From Andalucia godoyi And28 (Eukaryota; Protista; Jakobida): DNA of 64,000 nt. The stretch covers positions 184,392-248,391 of the forward strand of contig VRVR01000043.1 of assembly GCA_009859145.1 (NCBI GenBank). The letters run 5' to 3'. Below the pieces are notes generated by a model. That model saw only the letters and a program-made list of their open reading frames with translations, was not told where the DNA came from and did not search any database. Position numbers and translations under genes: made by a program. This document shows, in pieces, positions 21,259-31,699 of this stretch. The number at the start of each line of letters is the position of its first letter. Within the stretch, counting starts at the first letter, position 1.

Positions 21259-24192
21259 TCGCACTGCGTGCTGAATCTGCCCGCGCTCAGTGCAAAGTAC
21301 GTGTGGCTTCCGACATGTACGCTTCCTACAGCAGGCAGCGGGGCGTTCTTGTTTGAAGCTCGGGCGCATAATGACATTCATGTAGCGCTACACTATTCGT
21401 GCTCGGAATTGGCGTCGCAGCGAGACTCTCGGTATCCGGATGCTGCGGCAGCGTACGAATTCCTGTTTGGCGGATACACAAACACAAAGAGTTTGATTCG
21501 GCGATTTGGAAAGCAGGTCGCGCTGACGTCGTTCAAGCTGACGACAGGCGCGGCGATTCCGCAGGGCATATTCACACGATTTTGGATCTCAATCAGCATC
21601 GACGGTGTGCTGGCGATGGGTTATGGATCCGTCGGCGAAAATGTTATCCTTCGATGGCAGGATGCAGAGCCGGTCACGACGGTCATGTATGTCGGACTTT
21701 CTTCGTGGGACTCGCCAGTCCAGTACCGCAACTTCTACACGACACCGTCATCGATTGTGACGGGGTTGCATTCCGGCGCAGGACCTCGAAGAACAGCGGT
21801 GACTCGATCCGCTTCCAATGAACCCTATTCACCAGCATCCGCATTCACATCAATTGCACCTGGTCAGTCCAGCAGCAACAGCAGCGGCAGCAGTAGTAGT
21901 AGCACCAGCAGCAACAGCTTCTCCTCCTCCTTGTCAGGGAACTCAATATCGAGCTTGCAAGCGACTGCACTATACGAGTCTTCGCTGGCGGACTCGCTGT
22001 TGACGCCTTCCTCGGGTGCTGTAACAGGACCGTTGGCATCGTCTGCTTCCTCTCCAGGAGCAATTACCAACACCTCAAACTCGAGGAGGTTTTCAACACC
22101 ACGGTCAGAATCCGTGTCATCGGCGGGGGGTGCTGTGTCAACAGAGGTTATCGTCGACGCGTCGTTCGTCAGTGTCGTGTCGAATGATTGGAGGTACAAT
22201 CTCTTCTCGCTGCAGCAATCTGGAATCTTTTGCGATGTCATTTTGAACTTTGCGGACGGCTCGCAGTCGGCTGTGCATTCTTTCGTGCTCGCCGCTGCGT
22301 CGCCGCTGTTCGCTCTGAAATTCCGACAGCTGCGCCAGTCGAACCCGCAGCATCTTGTGCAAGAAATGAACTGTTTCTTGTCGGACGCGGACCTGGACTG
22401 CGATGTTACGGGGTACGAATGGGAGGTGCTGATGGTGGCAATCTACACGGGACTCTTGTACGGGATCCAGTCTTTGGATGTTGATCGGTATATTGCAATA
22501 TCGAGAGGTCTGCAGTTGGCAAACATTTGCGACGCCCTCGTCGCGCAGCGGTCCAATCTGATGAGTCAGCCGTTTGCGCATTCACAGTCTAGCTTGGCTT
22601 GCGAGCAGACGTTGCTGCGGTTTCGCGAAGTGCTGCTCGATGCTACGACACCGGACGACGTCGAGGTGTACTACGCAGAACATCTGGAAGGATCCTTTGG
22701 GGATTGCCAGCTTATTTGTGACAACATGCGGTTTGCATGTCACCGCGCCGCTCTTGGTGCGCATTCCAATTTTTTCTTTCGCATGTTCTCTGGCGGATTT
22801 CACGAGTGCATTACTCGAGAGTGCGATCTGACGGACATGATTTCTGCTGATGTACTCCGGCAGGTCCTGGAGTACTGCTACTCGGGTGTTCTGCCTCCGT
22901 CGATTGCTTGCGACTCGCGGAAGCTGGTCGATCTGATGACGGCCTCTTCGGAATTTATGCTTACGATTCTGAAGCGCGAAGTGGAACGTCGCCTCTGCGA
23001 AGTCGTGCAGTCTCCAGGCTTTGCCGCCGACTTGGTCTCCTTGGCGGATGCGTGGGACTGTCCCGTATTGCGCGATCGCTGCATTGATGTTCTGCAAGTG
23101 CAGTTTTGCTCACTTCCGACGGACAGCGTGCAGAACTTGTCGATAAGCGTAGTGGAGGAACTGTTGCAGCGTGAAGATCTACATGCCGACATAAGCCAAA
23201 ACGACATTTTCCTGTTTTCTCTCAACTGGCTTGCGTCGTCCGTCAGCAATCTTCCCACACAGGATGTGGATGTAGTCAAGAAGGGTTACGAAACTCGTGT
23301 GTTTCCATCGCTCCGAATTCACCTCCTGTCTCGCGACTTTCTTGATGGGCTGATTTCTGATACCCGCTATGCCGCTTTGCTGCCACCCGTGTCGTTTGCG
23401 CGACTGCAGCGCGCAGCCTCGGACCTTGCAGAATCGATTGCAGCCTCTGCTGCAGCCTCTGCATCGGCCTCTGCCTCTGCATCTTCGTCTCAACTCGCAT
23501 TCTCACTGCATCCTCTCGCAAAGAGCCTTTCAGAGATGCTTCCGTCCAATGTGAAGATCCCACGTCTCTCCGTTGCTCTGGCCTTCGTTCGGCCTGGGGA
23601 TGACAATGGCGTCTTCTACTACATCGGATCGAAGGGTCATACACACCCTTGGACGAATCCGCATTCGAACGGGGACGTCGTTGTATCGTGTTCGTCGCCC
23701 AGGAATCGTTTCTCACACTCTGAATTTGTTGTGGATCGACGCACTCATTCGACTGTTTTCTTTACCTCGCCTACGCACCAGCCGTGGGTCGCAGTGGACT
23801 TGGGAGAGAAGTATCGTCTCCTGTGCACGCGATACACGCTTCGCCACGACTCCTCGGCCAGCAACTTCTTGCGGTCTTGGGATTTCCAAGCGTCGGATGA
23901 CGGACAGAGCTGGAGCTGCCTTCGCACTCACCGAAACGACACGAGCATTTCCCATTCGCGTGCCTGTATTTCTTTCTTGGTTTCCACAAGCTCCCAAGGG
24001 CATCCGTTGCCACAGGACGCGCAGCAACTGCGTGAATCGACGTGCCGTCCGTACCGGCACTTTCGAGTGATCATGCGAGATTGCTCCAGCTCCGGCTCCG
24101 ATCAAATGGTCCTCAGCAATCTCGAGTTGTACGGCTTCCTCGTGCTCCGTACGTTGACCCAAGCAGCTCCAACTGCGCCTCCTGCGCTTTGA
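21253..24192 (+). CDS. Farnesoic-acid-O-methyltransferase-like domain + 2x BTB/POZ + BACK + F5/8 type C (discoidin) protein, resembling Arabidopsis At2g30600
   Basis: N-terminal FEARAHNDIHVAL...YVGLSSWDSPVQYRN. Two BTB motifs (CDVILNF...HSFVLAAASPLF; CHRAALGAHSNFFFRMFSGGF). C-terminal DDNGVFYYIGS..WTNP and YTLRHDSSASNFLRSWDFQASDDGQSW...YRHFRVI...ELYG. Confidence 0.88.
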
Positions 24193-24230
24193 GTTCTGTC
24201 CTCAGTTTTCTTTTGCTGTTCCCTCCTCTT

Positions 24231-24233
<3 letters not shown>

Positions 24234-24264
<31 letters not shown>
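24234..24264 (+). repeat. (CA)n microsatellite
   Basis: Direct read of the sequence. Confidence 0.95.
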
Positions 24265-24266
<2 letters not shown>

Positions 24267-24400
24267 TATTTATGATTCACTCTACCAGTCGTTTGTGCAA
24301 ACCTATCGAGGTTTTCTCTGAAAAACTGCATCGTCCATTGCGCCTCTTCCTTTTCCTCATGGATTCCTTGTTCTTTGTTGCCTCTTTTCCCCCTCCCTCT

Positions 24401-25324
24401 CTAAAGCACGATCTTGCACTGCGAAGGACCGACGTGTTCCTTCATATTGCGGTACCATTTTGAGATGCGAGACTTGCTGGTCACCTCTGGCCACAGTTGC
24501 AATGGTTCAACGGCCCTGAGCACACCAAAAACAGAGGCATCTGTGACGTTCGGCTGTTTCCCTCCTGCAAATCCGCCTCGGGAATCCACGAATTCGGACC
24601 ACTCGTTCAGCCGGTCCACCAAGGCTTGTCGTTCGTCTGCGAATCCGTATTTGCGCTTGAGCATCTTGCCAATCACATACATCACCACAGTCCCCACAAC
24701 CTGTGCAGCCCGCCTCTCCATCGCGGAGAACTTGTGATGCTCGGTCATGTACTCCAGCGAATCCCATGCCTCGGGAATCGTCCGGTAAATGTTCGGCGGC
24801 AGTGTTTTGACAAGCGACGTGTCCACCCATGCTCTCCACTTTTCAGACTCGCTGTCCCTCAGAAAATCATCGTTTCCCGTCATTCGTACTTCCAGCGTTT
24901 CAATGATCTTCGACGACTCGATAAGCCGCTCGTACGCCGGCATCGCAATCACGATCGGCACTTTGGTGTAGTCCACCGACCACTTCAGCTCAGTCTTTGT
25001 CAGTGGATTCACCTCCACTGCCGTATATGCAATCTGCCGCCAGTCCAAATACGCCTTCACCTTGTTGCAGAACGGGCACGACGAATACTGGTACAGCAGC
25101 ACGCCAGTTTGAAACTCCGGATGGGCGCCACCTGTTGTAAACACCCGCTGTCCTCCGCCCGCTGTACTGGCATCGGCATGCAGGCTGCGGTCGACACGAG
25201 TCGACTCCGGGAGCGCAGACGACACCACAAGCGACAGCGGTCGATAGCTGACCGCGGTCACGGCTGCCATCGTGCAGAATGCTCCTGCGAATAGCCTTGC
25301 TCCCGTCCTGAACGCATGCTCCAT
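24401..25324 (-). CDS. PTGES2: Prostaglandin E synthase 2-like (glutaredoxin/GST fold)
   Basis: LYQYSSCPFCNKVKAYLDW..EVNPL..Y.KVPI, W..W.D..LV..L.PNIYRT..EA and GG..PN.TD..VFGVL motifs. First ATG is at 25324. Confidence 0.92.
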   Translation of the reverse strand: MEHAFRTGARLFAGAFCTMAAVTAVSYRPLSLVVSSALPESTRVDRSLHADASTAGGGQRVFTTGGAHPEFQTGVLLYQYSSCPFCNKVKAYLDWRQIAYTAVEVNPLTKTELKWSVDYTKVPIVIAMPAYERLIESSKIIETLEVRMTGNDDFLRDSESEKWRAWVDTSLVKTLPPNIYRTIPEAWDSLEYMTEHHKFSAMERRAAQVVGTVVMYVIGKMLKRKYGFADERQALVDRLNEWSEFVDSRGGFAGGKQPNVTDASVFGVLRAVEPLQLWPEVTSKSRISKWYRNMKEHVGPSQCKIVL

Positions 25325-25437
25325 GCTTGTGTCAACCTGCTGTGCTTTTCTCCTCTCGCCAGCACGAATGAAAGATGGGGAGAAAAAGAAAGGCGGAAAA
25401 TAAAAAAGAAAACCCCGAAAAAAGGAAAACGGAGTCA

Positions 25438-25872
25438 TCAAAAGTCGAGGACCAAGACGGGGTCTACAGCAGATGCGGCAGAATGGGCAGTGCAGAAGGC
25501 TCTAGCGTGGATGGCAAGGTCGCGCATGGCGTCGAGAGCGAGATGGGCATAGACGACCCTCGACTCGTCGGTGTTCGGTCTTTTGATGCGCACGGGCCTG
25601 CCGGACCACGCAAGAATGTATGCAGGGACAGTCTCGATGTCAAACAGCCGTAGTGCGTCCACGAGGTCCTTGGGCGACGCATCCAGCGACACGACCACCG
25701 TGGAGTCCACCAGCATTTGATGCTTTGATGCTAGCTGCTCCATTTTGGCGCGTTCTGCGAGCGACGACGGGTGAACTCGCGAGACGAACAGCACGAGAAC
25801 GAGCGATTGCGGTCGTTGGGAATCAAGAAACGAAGACAGCTCCGACACGCGTACTTCGTGATGACTCGCCAT
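25438..25872 (-). CDS. Divergent thioredoxin-fold protein of the Dim1/TXNL4 (U5 snRNP) family
   Basis: 144 aa from ATG 25872. LVLVLF...FDIETVPAYILAWSGRPVRIKRPNTDESRVV aligns by eye with TXNL4B VLVLRF...[31 protein letters not shown]. No CxxC. Confidence 0.6.
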   Translation of the reverse strand: MASHHEVRVSELSSFLDSQRPQSLVLVLFVSRVHPSSLAERAKMEQLASKHQMLVDSTVVVSLDASPKDLVDALRLFDIETVPAYILAWSGRPVRIKRPNTDESRVVYAHLALDAMRDLAIHARAFCTAHSAASAVDPVLVLDF

Positions 25873-26290
25873 GACTCTCTCTGCTGCTGCGTGTTCTTCA
25901 GCTACGAGAGGGAGAGAGAGGGTTTCACGCTTTTCATTTGCTTTCTGAACGCCAAACAACCCCCCAAAAGACAGACGGGAAATGTCCGTCAAGCCACTAC
26001 GATGGGCAGTGACATGACATCTGTTTCGCTCTTACATTTTACCTCTCCAAAAAGGGTCTTTTGGTCTTTTAGAGTTTTCTTATCCGTGTGCGTTCTCTTT
26101 CTTCGACTCCTCTTCCTCTTCCTCTTCCTTTTCCTTTTCCTTTTTACTTCCCCAATGCAAGACAAGTCGCGCTTCTTTTTTTAAAAAAAAAATTATTAAA
26201 AAAGGGGCGAGGTTCTGTCTTTCTATCATTCTGTGTGTGTTTTTTATTTAAATTTTAAATTTTAAACTTCGTTATTCAGTAATTTAGGCG

Positions 26291-29200
26291 ATGAGTGCGG
26301 AACTTGCTGTTTACTCGGTGCTTGAGGCACGGAACCATACACAAACCGGCCCATGGGCATTGTGCAAAGTCGTGCTGGCGGCGATGAAGGACTCGATTGC
26401 ATCGCGCGGCCTGACGGAATCTGCTACTGCATACTTTGCCGCACTCATGGACGCTGTGGAATCCGGCCTGGATCGATTAGACCTTCATGCGCTCGAAGCG
26501 ACTCTAAAACTTATTGAAATCAATATGCAAGAGTATGTTTGTTTTTTGTTTGGTTGTTTGCTCTTATTCTTGTGTTTGTTCTTGTTGTTTTGCTTTTTCT
26601 TGTTTTGTCACTGCGGCGTGTTTTTTTTTAAATTAAAAAACAATGCTTATCCTTTGTGTTTTACCGTTGGAAAAATCTCTAGTCTTTCGGAAAACGTAAT
26701 CCGTTCCTCGTATGCTAATACGATAAAGTTGATGGGGACCCTTATGGACCGATACAGCGAAACTGCGGGAATCGTAAAGATTCTTCTGCGCATCTTGTCG
26801 TTTTTGCCGCTGAGTGCACATCATATGCAGTCTCTCTTGTTTCCGGTCTTGCTAGACACGCGAGGAAAGGTTCGAAAGGAAGCACAGGATACGCTGGCGA
26901 CGATTGCGCAGTTCAAGCTCGATGGGAATGGCGCAATCGCAGTTGGCGATGCATTCGGAGCGTTCGCCTCCGCTATTCTCAGCGGAGAGGCAAAGCCTAT
27001 GGCCGCACGGCAAACTGGGAAAAGAGCGCACGTGGAGGATGAGGAGCATTCGGAAAAGCCACAGCATGGCGTTTCCAAACACAGCGTTGCAGACAGCGAG
27101 CAGCTGGGTGTACTGTACATACTGCATTTCTTGGAGAGCAAGCCGATTGCTGCACTGATTCGATCTCCGTCCATTCTCAGAAGTATCGTAGGAGTGCCGA
27201 TTCGGTTCTCAACATCTCCTACATGCGTACTGCACGCGTTCCGAGCACTGCTATCGCTGATCGAATCCGGTGCGTTGGATGTAGCAGTGCTGGATGGCTC
27301 GTCTCCGTTGGCTCGACAGCAGCTCGTGGAGACTCTCTGTTCTTTCGTGCCTGTTGAACTTACGTCGTCTGCAAACGCATTCTCTTCCAAAGTTGTTGGA
27401 AAAGTGTACGTCATTCCGTGTTTGATGGCGCAGTTGCGACAGAACCACCCTATTGTGCCGCTGCTCTCTTCGCTGCTGATGGCGACAGCCTCTTGGAATT
27501 TCGACGATGCTGCCCAGTGGACTTGGAGAGTCCTGGCTTCCATCTTCACTCGAGGAAACACAATCTCTGGTGGTGACGCAAAAGCCAGCTCTTTTGCGAA
27601 CGAATTTCATGCAATGACTCCGTCGCTCCTGAGCGCTCTAGAGTCATGCGTGTCCAGGCTGGCACTGAACCCGGTTCTGATTTCTGAATTCGAAAAATTC
27701 TGGATGACCGGGTTTTCCGCTCTGAAACTGCGATCGCTTGCGCCATCTGCACTGTCGAGACTCTTCAAGTCCATCGCGAAACATAACCGTCCGTCGCGCG
27801 AAATGCTCTTGTGGCTCGACTCTCTCTGTCGGGCAAAGGCCACGCAGCAAAAGGGCCTTGATGAAGACGACCTTTTCGACTGGCAAGAGGAGGATCACCT
27901 GAAGGGCGGTGCAGTCAAAGTACTTGAACAGATTGTCGAGACACACGGAATGCACGTTGTTTTGTCGGAACTACCACTTCACACCAAGCCAATCTCTGCC
28001 TTGGTCCCAGCCAAGCCGTCCAAGCAAACCAAGGGTACTGCGGAGGAGTCTCTTGTGATTTCTCAGGAGAGGGATTATCTGTTGCCGATTATTGTTCGTG
28101 CCTGTGATCCGTCAACGTCTTCCCTGGCCTTCTACCTCGCAAACTTGTATCCGCTGAGAAGGATTCTCCTCCATCGGATGCGTGTTGCTGCGGCGCAGTC
28201 TCTTCAAGTCCGAGCGAAGAATCTCGGAATCTATGCATTTCAGATTCTGTCTGTGTTTCCGCGTGTTGCCTCTTCTGCTCTCCAGACAACGAGCTCCGTC
28301 TCGGACGAAGCATTGCGGTTGATGATCACGATGATGTCGAATATGAAGGATGATAGCGAGTTTCTGGCAGACGTTCCTACCAACTGGGAAGACGGCGTTG
28401 ATGTACTTTTGAATCGCTCCGAGCAGACCACTGTTTTTTCGGCGTGGAAGCAATTTGTTTCTGTCCCGGTTCACTTTGAAACTCTTTTACAGCACTCTCG
28501 CTCTGCTCTTCCAGTGATCATGGATCTTGCGGCGCATGGAGACTCGAGCGCCATGACTGCGTTCCAGAAAACTATTGGAGCCCTTGTGTCGTCAAAGTTC
28601 ATCTCTCACAGCACCGACAATTCTGTCCTTGCTGGAGGATCTTCCATAGTCACCGAACTGTTGTTCCGTGTTCTGCAGCGAATTGTCCAGTTGACCTCGG
28701 ATGTTCACGGGGCGAGCAGTAGCGCGGGGTCGGAGCGCATGCAACGGACAACGTCTACGGCCACGGACGTTGCCGCATTGTTGCAGCTACTTTCTGTCAT
28801 GGTGCTGCCGGATGATTCGTGTTTGTTGGTGCTCCGTGTTCTGGAGCCATTTTTTGTCATCCCTACGTATACGTCTCAACCGTCGATTGTGAAGCGTGCT
28901 TTGCGTCTTGTGCGAAAAGTAGTCTCTGCATTCTCGCCGCTTGGAGGAAATCCAGCTGCAGGAAATCTTGATGCCAAACGACAGGAAGTGTGGAGCGCTG
29001 TGCAGAGTGGTGCGCTGCGGGTCTTGGAGAAGTCTGCAGATATCGCGCGAGCCCCGTCAGTGCGCTCCGCAAGACTTGATCTTCATGCAGTTCTCTTTTC
29101 CACGGAGTCCTTCAGCGCTGCCCAGTTCGCCGAGCAGATGGATGCGATTGTCGTGGACGCTGTTCTTGCGACCCGCGACTCCAACACGAAGACTCGTCGA

Positions 29201-30763
29201 TCAGCGTGCCGAGTTTTGGATGCAGTGTTGGCAAATCGCCCGTTTTCCTTTTTGATCAAGGCACTCGTTGGCATCCTGGCGGCGCGGACTGCTACGGCTG
29301 TCACGGCTGCGTTGAAACTTGTTGCACGCATTGTTGCTGCATCATCAGCATCGGTTCAGCCTATTTATCGTGTGGTTGCGCTTGCGGATCCGCGTGAGCA
29401 TTTCCAAAACCCACTGGGAGAAGCACAGGCGTCGGCTTTGCTCAGTATCCTCTTTTCTTTCTTGGAGGCTCCGTCGATCGATTTGGAAATTGTGAAGGGC
29501 GCAATCCATGTTCTTCTCAGCATGTTCACCGTTGTGTCGAAGCACTCCGATGAAGTGTTTGAGTTTGCTTCGTATGCCTTCGACGAGACCTCGAATGGCC
29601 TGCTGGATGAGGATGATGATCCGGACCTGGATTTCGAAGATGTCGGCGAGGAAGTGGACGATGACGCATCGGATGGCGAAGAGGAAGGCGCCGAAGACAT
29701 GGAAGCGGACAGCAATGTCGGATCTGCATCGCACGCGTCTTCCTTTGCCTCGTCGTTCGCCTTGGATCGCGGAATTTCGCGGGAGCTTGCAAGGACACCG
29801 ATTCCAAAGTTGGAGTTTTCGTCGCTGATTGCTCCTCGCATGCACAATGTGAAAGGATCTGCAGTTCGTGCCGTGGACGAAGGCACGCCGCTGGAGCGTC
29901 TCGTCCCCGCCCTGCTTCGGTGGTCGTCGAGAAAGGAGTCTACGTCGACTGTGCGTCTTTTGGCTAAGCGCTTGTGGGCTCGACTGATGCGAGCGTACTC
30001 GTTCGACGTTATCTCGCGCATGGTTGGGACGGATCATCACGCGCTTCTGGTGAACATCCGCAAGGCAGATGAACGGAAGAGACGCAATAAGGACAAGGGC
30101 CAAGCCAACAGCAATGGGGCGTATGACTCGGACGAAGTCAACACTGGAAAGCTTGCCAAGAAGAATGAGCACAAACAGCGAGTTGCCGGCTCTGCCAACC
30201 AGAAATCCGTTTCCAAGGACGATGGCATGGTTCGGTTTCGGAACGTCGAAGGCGATCTTTCGGAAGCCATTGCGCTTTCCAAGCCCCGCAAGCGAGGGTT
30301 CAATGACATTTCTCACGACGCGCTTGGCTACACAAATGACAGTGATGAAGAAGAGCATGACCAACGGCATGAACCACATCAGGCGGCAAAGAATCTGCCG
30401 TCGCGTCTCAAACGATCGGTTGTTCAAACGGAACGCATGGGCGACCGCGAAGCTCACGGGGATGAAGAAGAAGGAGAAGGCGGCGATGGCGACGGCCGAA
30501 GTTCTCGTCACATTCCGGACCACCTGCTCCGAGCAAAAGAAGCCCGCAAGCAGAGTCGCCAAAAGATGCTGTTTGGCGATGTCCACACCGGCGAAGAGTT
30601 CAGCGCCGCCAAGCGTTCGCGAGGAGACATCAAGAAGCCCGGCAAAGTGGATCCGTACGCATACGTCCCTCTCAATCAGCGGTTCCTCAACAAGCGCTAC
30701 CGCCATCGATCCGAAGAGCGATTCACGCGCGTCGTCACCAACAGCAACCACAATCAAAAGTAG
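26291..30763 (+). CDS. RRP12: RRP12-like HEAT-repeat ribosome biogenesis factor; predicted intron 26533-26682
   Basis: Long helical ORF. The C-terminal TGEEFSAAKRSRGDIKKPGKVDPYAYVPLN matches the RRP12 G.EY.AKKA.GD.KK.G..DPYAY.PL motif. A T-rich low-complexity insert near the N-terminus is bounded by GTATGT...TAG. Confidence 0.88.
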   Translation: MSAELAVYSVLEARNHTQTGPWALCKVVLAAMKDSIASRGLTESATAYFAALMDAVESGLDRLDLHALEATLKLIEINMQEYVCFLFGCLLLFLCLFLLFCFFLFCHCGVFFFKLKNNAYPLCFTVGKISSLSENVIRSSYANTIKLMGTLMDRYSETAGIVKILLRILSFLPLSAHHMQSLLFPVLLDTRGKVRKEAQDTLATIAQFKLDGNGAIAVGDAFGAFASAILSGEAKPMAARQTGKRAHVEDEEHSEKPQHGVSKHSVADSEQLGVLYILHFLESKPIAALIRSPSILRSIVGVPIRFSTSPTCVLHAFRALLSLIESGALDVAVLDGSSPLARQQLVETLCSFVPVELTSSANAFSSKVVGKVYVIPCLMAQLRQNHPIVPLLSSLLMATASWNFDDAAQWTWRVLASIFTRGNTISGGDAKASSFANEFHAMTPSLLSALESCVSRLALNPVLISEFEKFWMTGFSALKLRSLAPSALSRLFKSIAKHNRPSREMLLWLDSLCRAKATQQKGLDEDDLFDWQEEDHLKGGAVKVLEQIVETHGMHVVLSELPLHTKPISALVPAKPSKQTKGTAEESLVISQERDYLLPIIVRACDPSTSSLAFYLANLYPLRRILLHRMRVAAAQSLQVRAKNLGIYAFQILSVFPRVASSALQTTSSVSDEALRLMITMMSNMKDDSEFLADVPTNWEDGVDVLLNRSEQTTVFSAWKQFVSVPVHFETLLQHSRSALPVIMDLAAHGDSSAMTAFQKTIGALVSSKFISHSTDNSVLAGGSSIVTELLFRVLQRIVQLTSDVHGASSSAGSERMQRTTSTATDVAALLQLLSVMVLPDDSCLLVLRVLEPFFVIPTYTSQPSIVKRALRLVRKVVSAFSPLGGNPAAGNLDAKRQEVWSAVQSGALRVLEKSADIARAPSVRSARLDLHAVLFSTESFSAAQFAEQMDAIVVDAVLATRDSNTKTRRSACRVLDAVLANRPFSFLIKALVGILAARTATAVTAALKLVARIVAASSASVQPIYRVVALADPREHFQNPLGEAQASALLSILFSFLEAPSIDLEIVKGAIHVLLSMFTVVSKHSDEVFEFASYAFDETSNGLLDEDDDPDLDFEDVGEEVDDDASDGEEEGAEDMEADSNVGSASHASSFASSFALDRGISRELARTPIPKLEFSSLIAPRMHNVKGSAVRAVDEGTPLERLVPALLRWSSRKESTSTVRLLAKRLWARLMRAYSFDVISRMVGTDHHALLVNIRKADERKRRNKDKGQANSNGAYDSDEVNTGKLAKKNEHKQRVAGSANQKSVSKDDGMVRFRNVEGDLSEAIALSKPRKRGFNDISHDALGYTNDSDEEEHDQRHEPHQAAKNLPSRLKRSVVQTERMGDREAHGDEEEGEGGDGDGRSSRHIPDHLLRAKEARKQSRQKMLFGDVHTGEEFSAAKRSRGDIKKPGKVDPYAYVPLNQRFLNKRYRHRSEERFTRVVTNSNHNQK
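26533..26682 (+). other. Predicted stop-free 150-nt (3n) intron
   Basis: GA|GTATGT ... CTCTAG|T. Splicing gives MQDLSENVIRS. The unspliced insert reads as implausible F/L/C-rich sequence. Confidence 0.75.
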
Positions 30764-30913
30764 TAGAAGTAAGAAGTTTTATTTTTTTCGGTGGTGATGG
30801 CGGTGGTGGTGGACTGCATGAACGAACGAGCCTCTCTCTCTTCTATCGCAACCCCTCCCACGAGCCCACAACAGAAAGATGGGAGAAGAAGAAAAAGAGA
30901 GTAGGGAATTTTC

Positions 30914-31227
30914 TCACTCTTTTCCTTCCAGCGCCTTTTTCTGCTTTTCTCGCATGATTGCCGCATCACTACCCTCACCCAATGTCCGCAGTCCACAGTC
31001 CACAGTCCACAGTCCACAGTCCAATGTTCACAGTCCGCGACAAACAGGTTAAACCGTTAATAAAGGAAACACGAGCGGTCATAGTAAAAAACACGTGTAC
31101 GCTGCACATACCGTTCTTTGCGCTGGGCCATCGAGAGGCCGCTGTCGTCTGCGCCCTTGGGAGCATTCTTTTCGCGACGGTTCATCGCTCGAGCGCGGTC
31201 AATCTCTCTCTGATTTCCACGCGTCAT
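30914..31227 (-). CDS. SERF: Small EDRK-rich factor (SERF/4F5 family), 56 aa; exons 31227-31112 and 30968-30914
   Basis: Spliced product MTRGNQREIDRARAMNRREKNAPKGADDSGLSMAQRKERDAAIMREKQKKALEGKE closely parallels SERF2 (MTRGNQRELARQKN...DGLS...RKQRDSEIMQQKQKKA). Intron 31111-30969 has a GTATGT donor and TAG acceptor. Confidence 0.92.
30989..31023 (+). repeat. (CAGTCCA)5 heptamer repeat inside the SERF intron
   Basis: Five consecutive copies read directly. Confidence 0.9.
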
Positions 31228-31514
31228 CTGGTCCTTTCCCTCAACCAAATCAAAAACAAGAATTCATAAGCATAATGCGAGAGGAAAAAAAGACGACTAA
31301 AAGGAAAACGACGACGGAAACAAAATCCAAGAAATGAAAACAGTCGAGCGCAGTCGAGTCTTCCGTCTCCCATCCTCTGGCATCCAGCATCAACCAACGG
31401 GCAGCGGATCGGCTTTCTCCTCAACTGAAAAAATCATCGAGTATGGATGCTGTTCTATGTCCCGCTTATTAAAACATAGATCATTAATTGATCATCGGCT
31501 AAGGTGTCGTCGAC

Positions 31515-31699
31515 GACAGATCCAAGCCACGTGTTTTATTAATTGCGGGGGGCGAGCACCACTTCTTCTTCTTGCTCTCGGCCTCCGACGAGCGGGTCGG
31601 GCATGGCCGGTTTGAGTTTGTTGGGAAGACCCCTCTTTGGAGCCATGAGATGTTTTTCGTCTTTGTCTCTGACGAGGTGCTGCTTGAGGGGTTCGATTA
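31515..31699. repeat. Dispersed element, copy 1
   Basis: Core 31556-31656 matches 50390-50490 at 93/101 positions by manual alignment. Flanking boxes GACAGA.CCAAGCCACGTGTTTT(T)ATTAATTG and CTGCTTGAGGG..T.GATTA are also shared. Confidence 0.9.

Noticed and set aside
29345-30757. 470-aa minus-strand ORF and other long antisense ORFs (e.g. 24497-25294, 35830-36747, 44214-45305, 46587-47549, 55290-56084)
   Set aside because: They lie antisense to well-supported genes and translate to nothing recognisable. Such shadows are expected at this GC content and codon bias.
31502-31646. Small minus-strand ORF MAPKRGLPNKLKPAMPDPLVGGREQEEE in the dispersed element
   Set aside because: Differences between the copies fall mostly at codon position 2 (A/V, G/D, N/S, L/P, V/A), and the copies end differently. 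This is inconsistent with coding constraint in this frame.
31688-31699. Pol III B-box-like GGTTCGATT suggesting tRNA or a tRNA-derived SINE
   Set aside because: It is not conserved in copy 2 (GGTTTGATT), and there is no A-box or cloverleaf.
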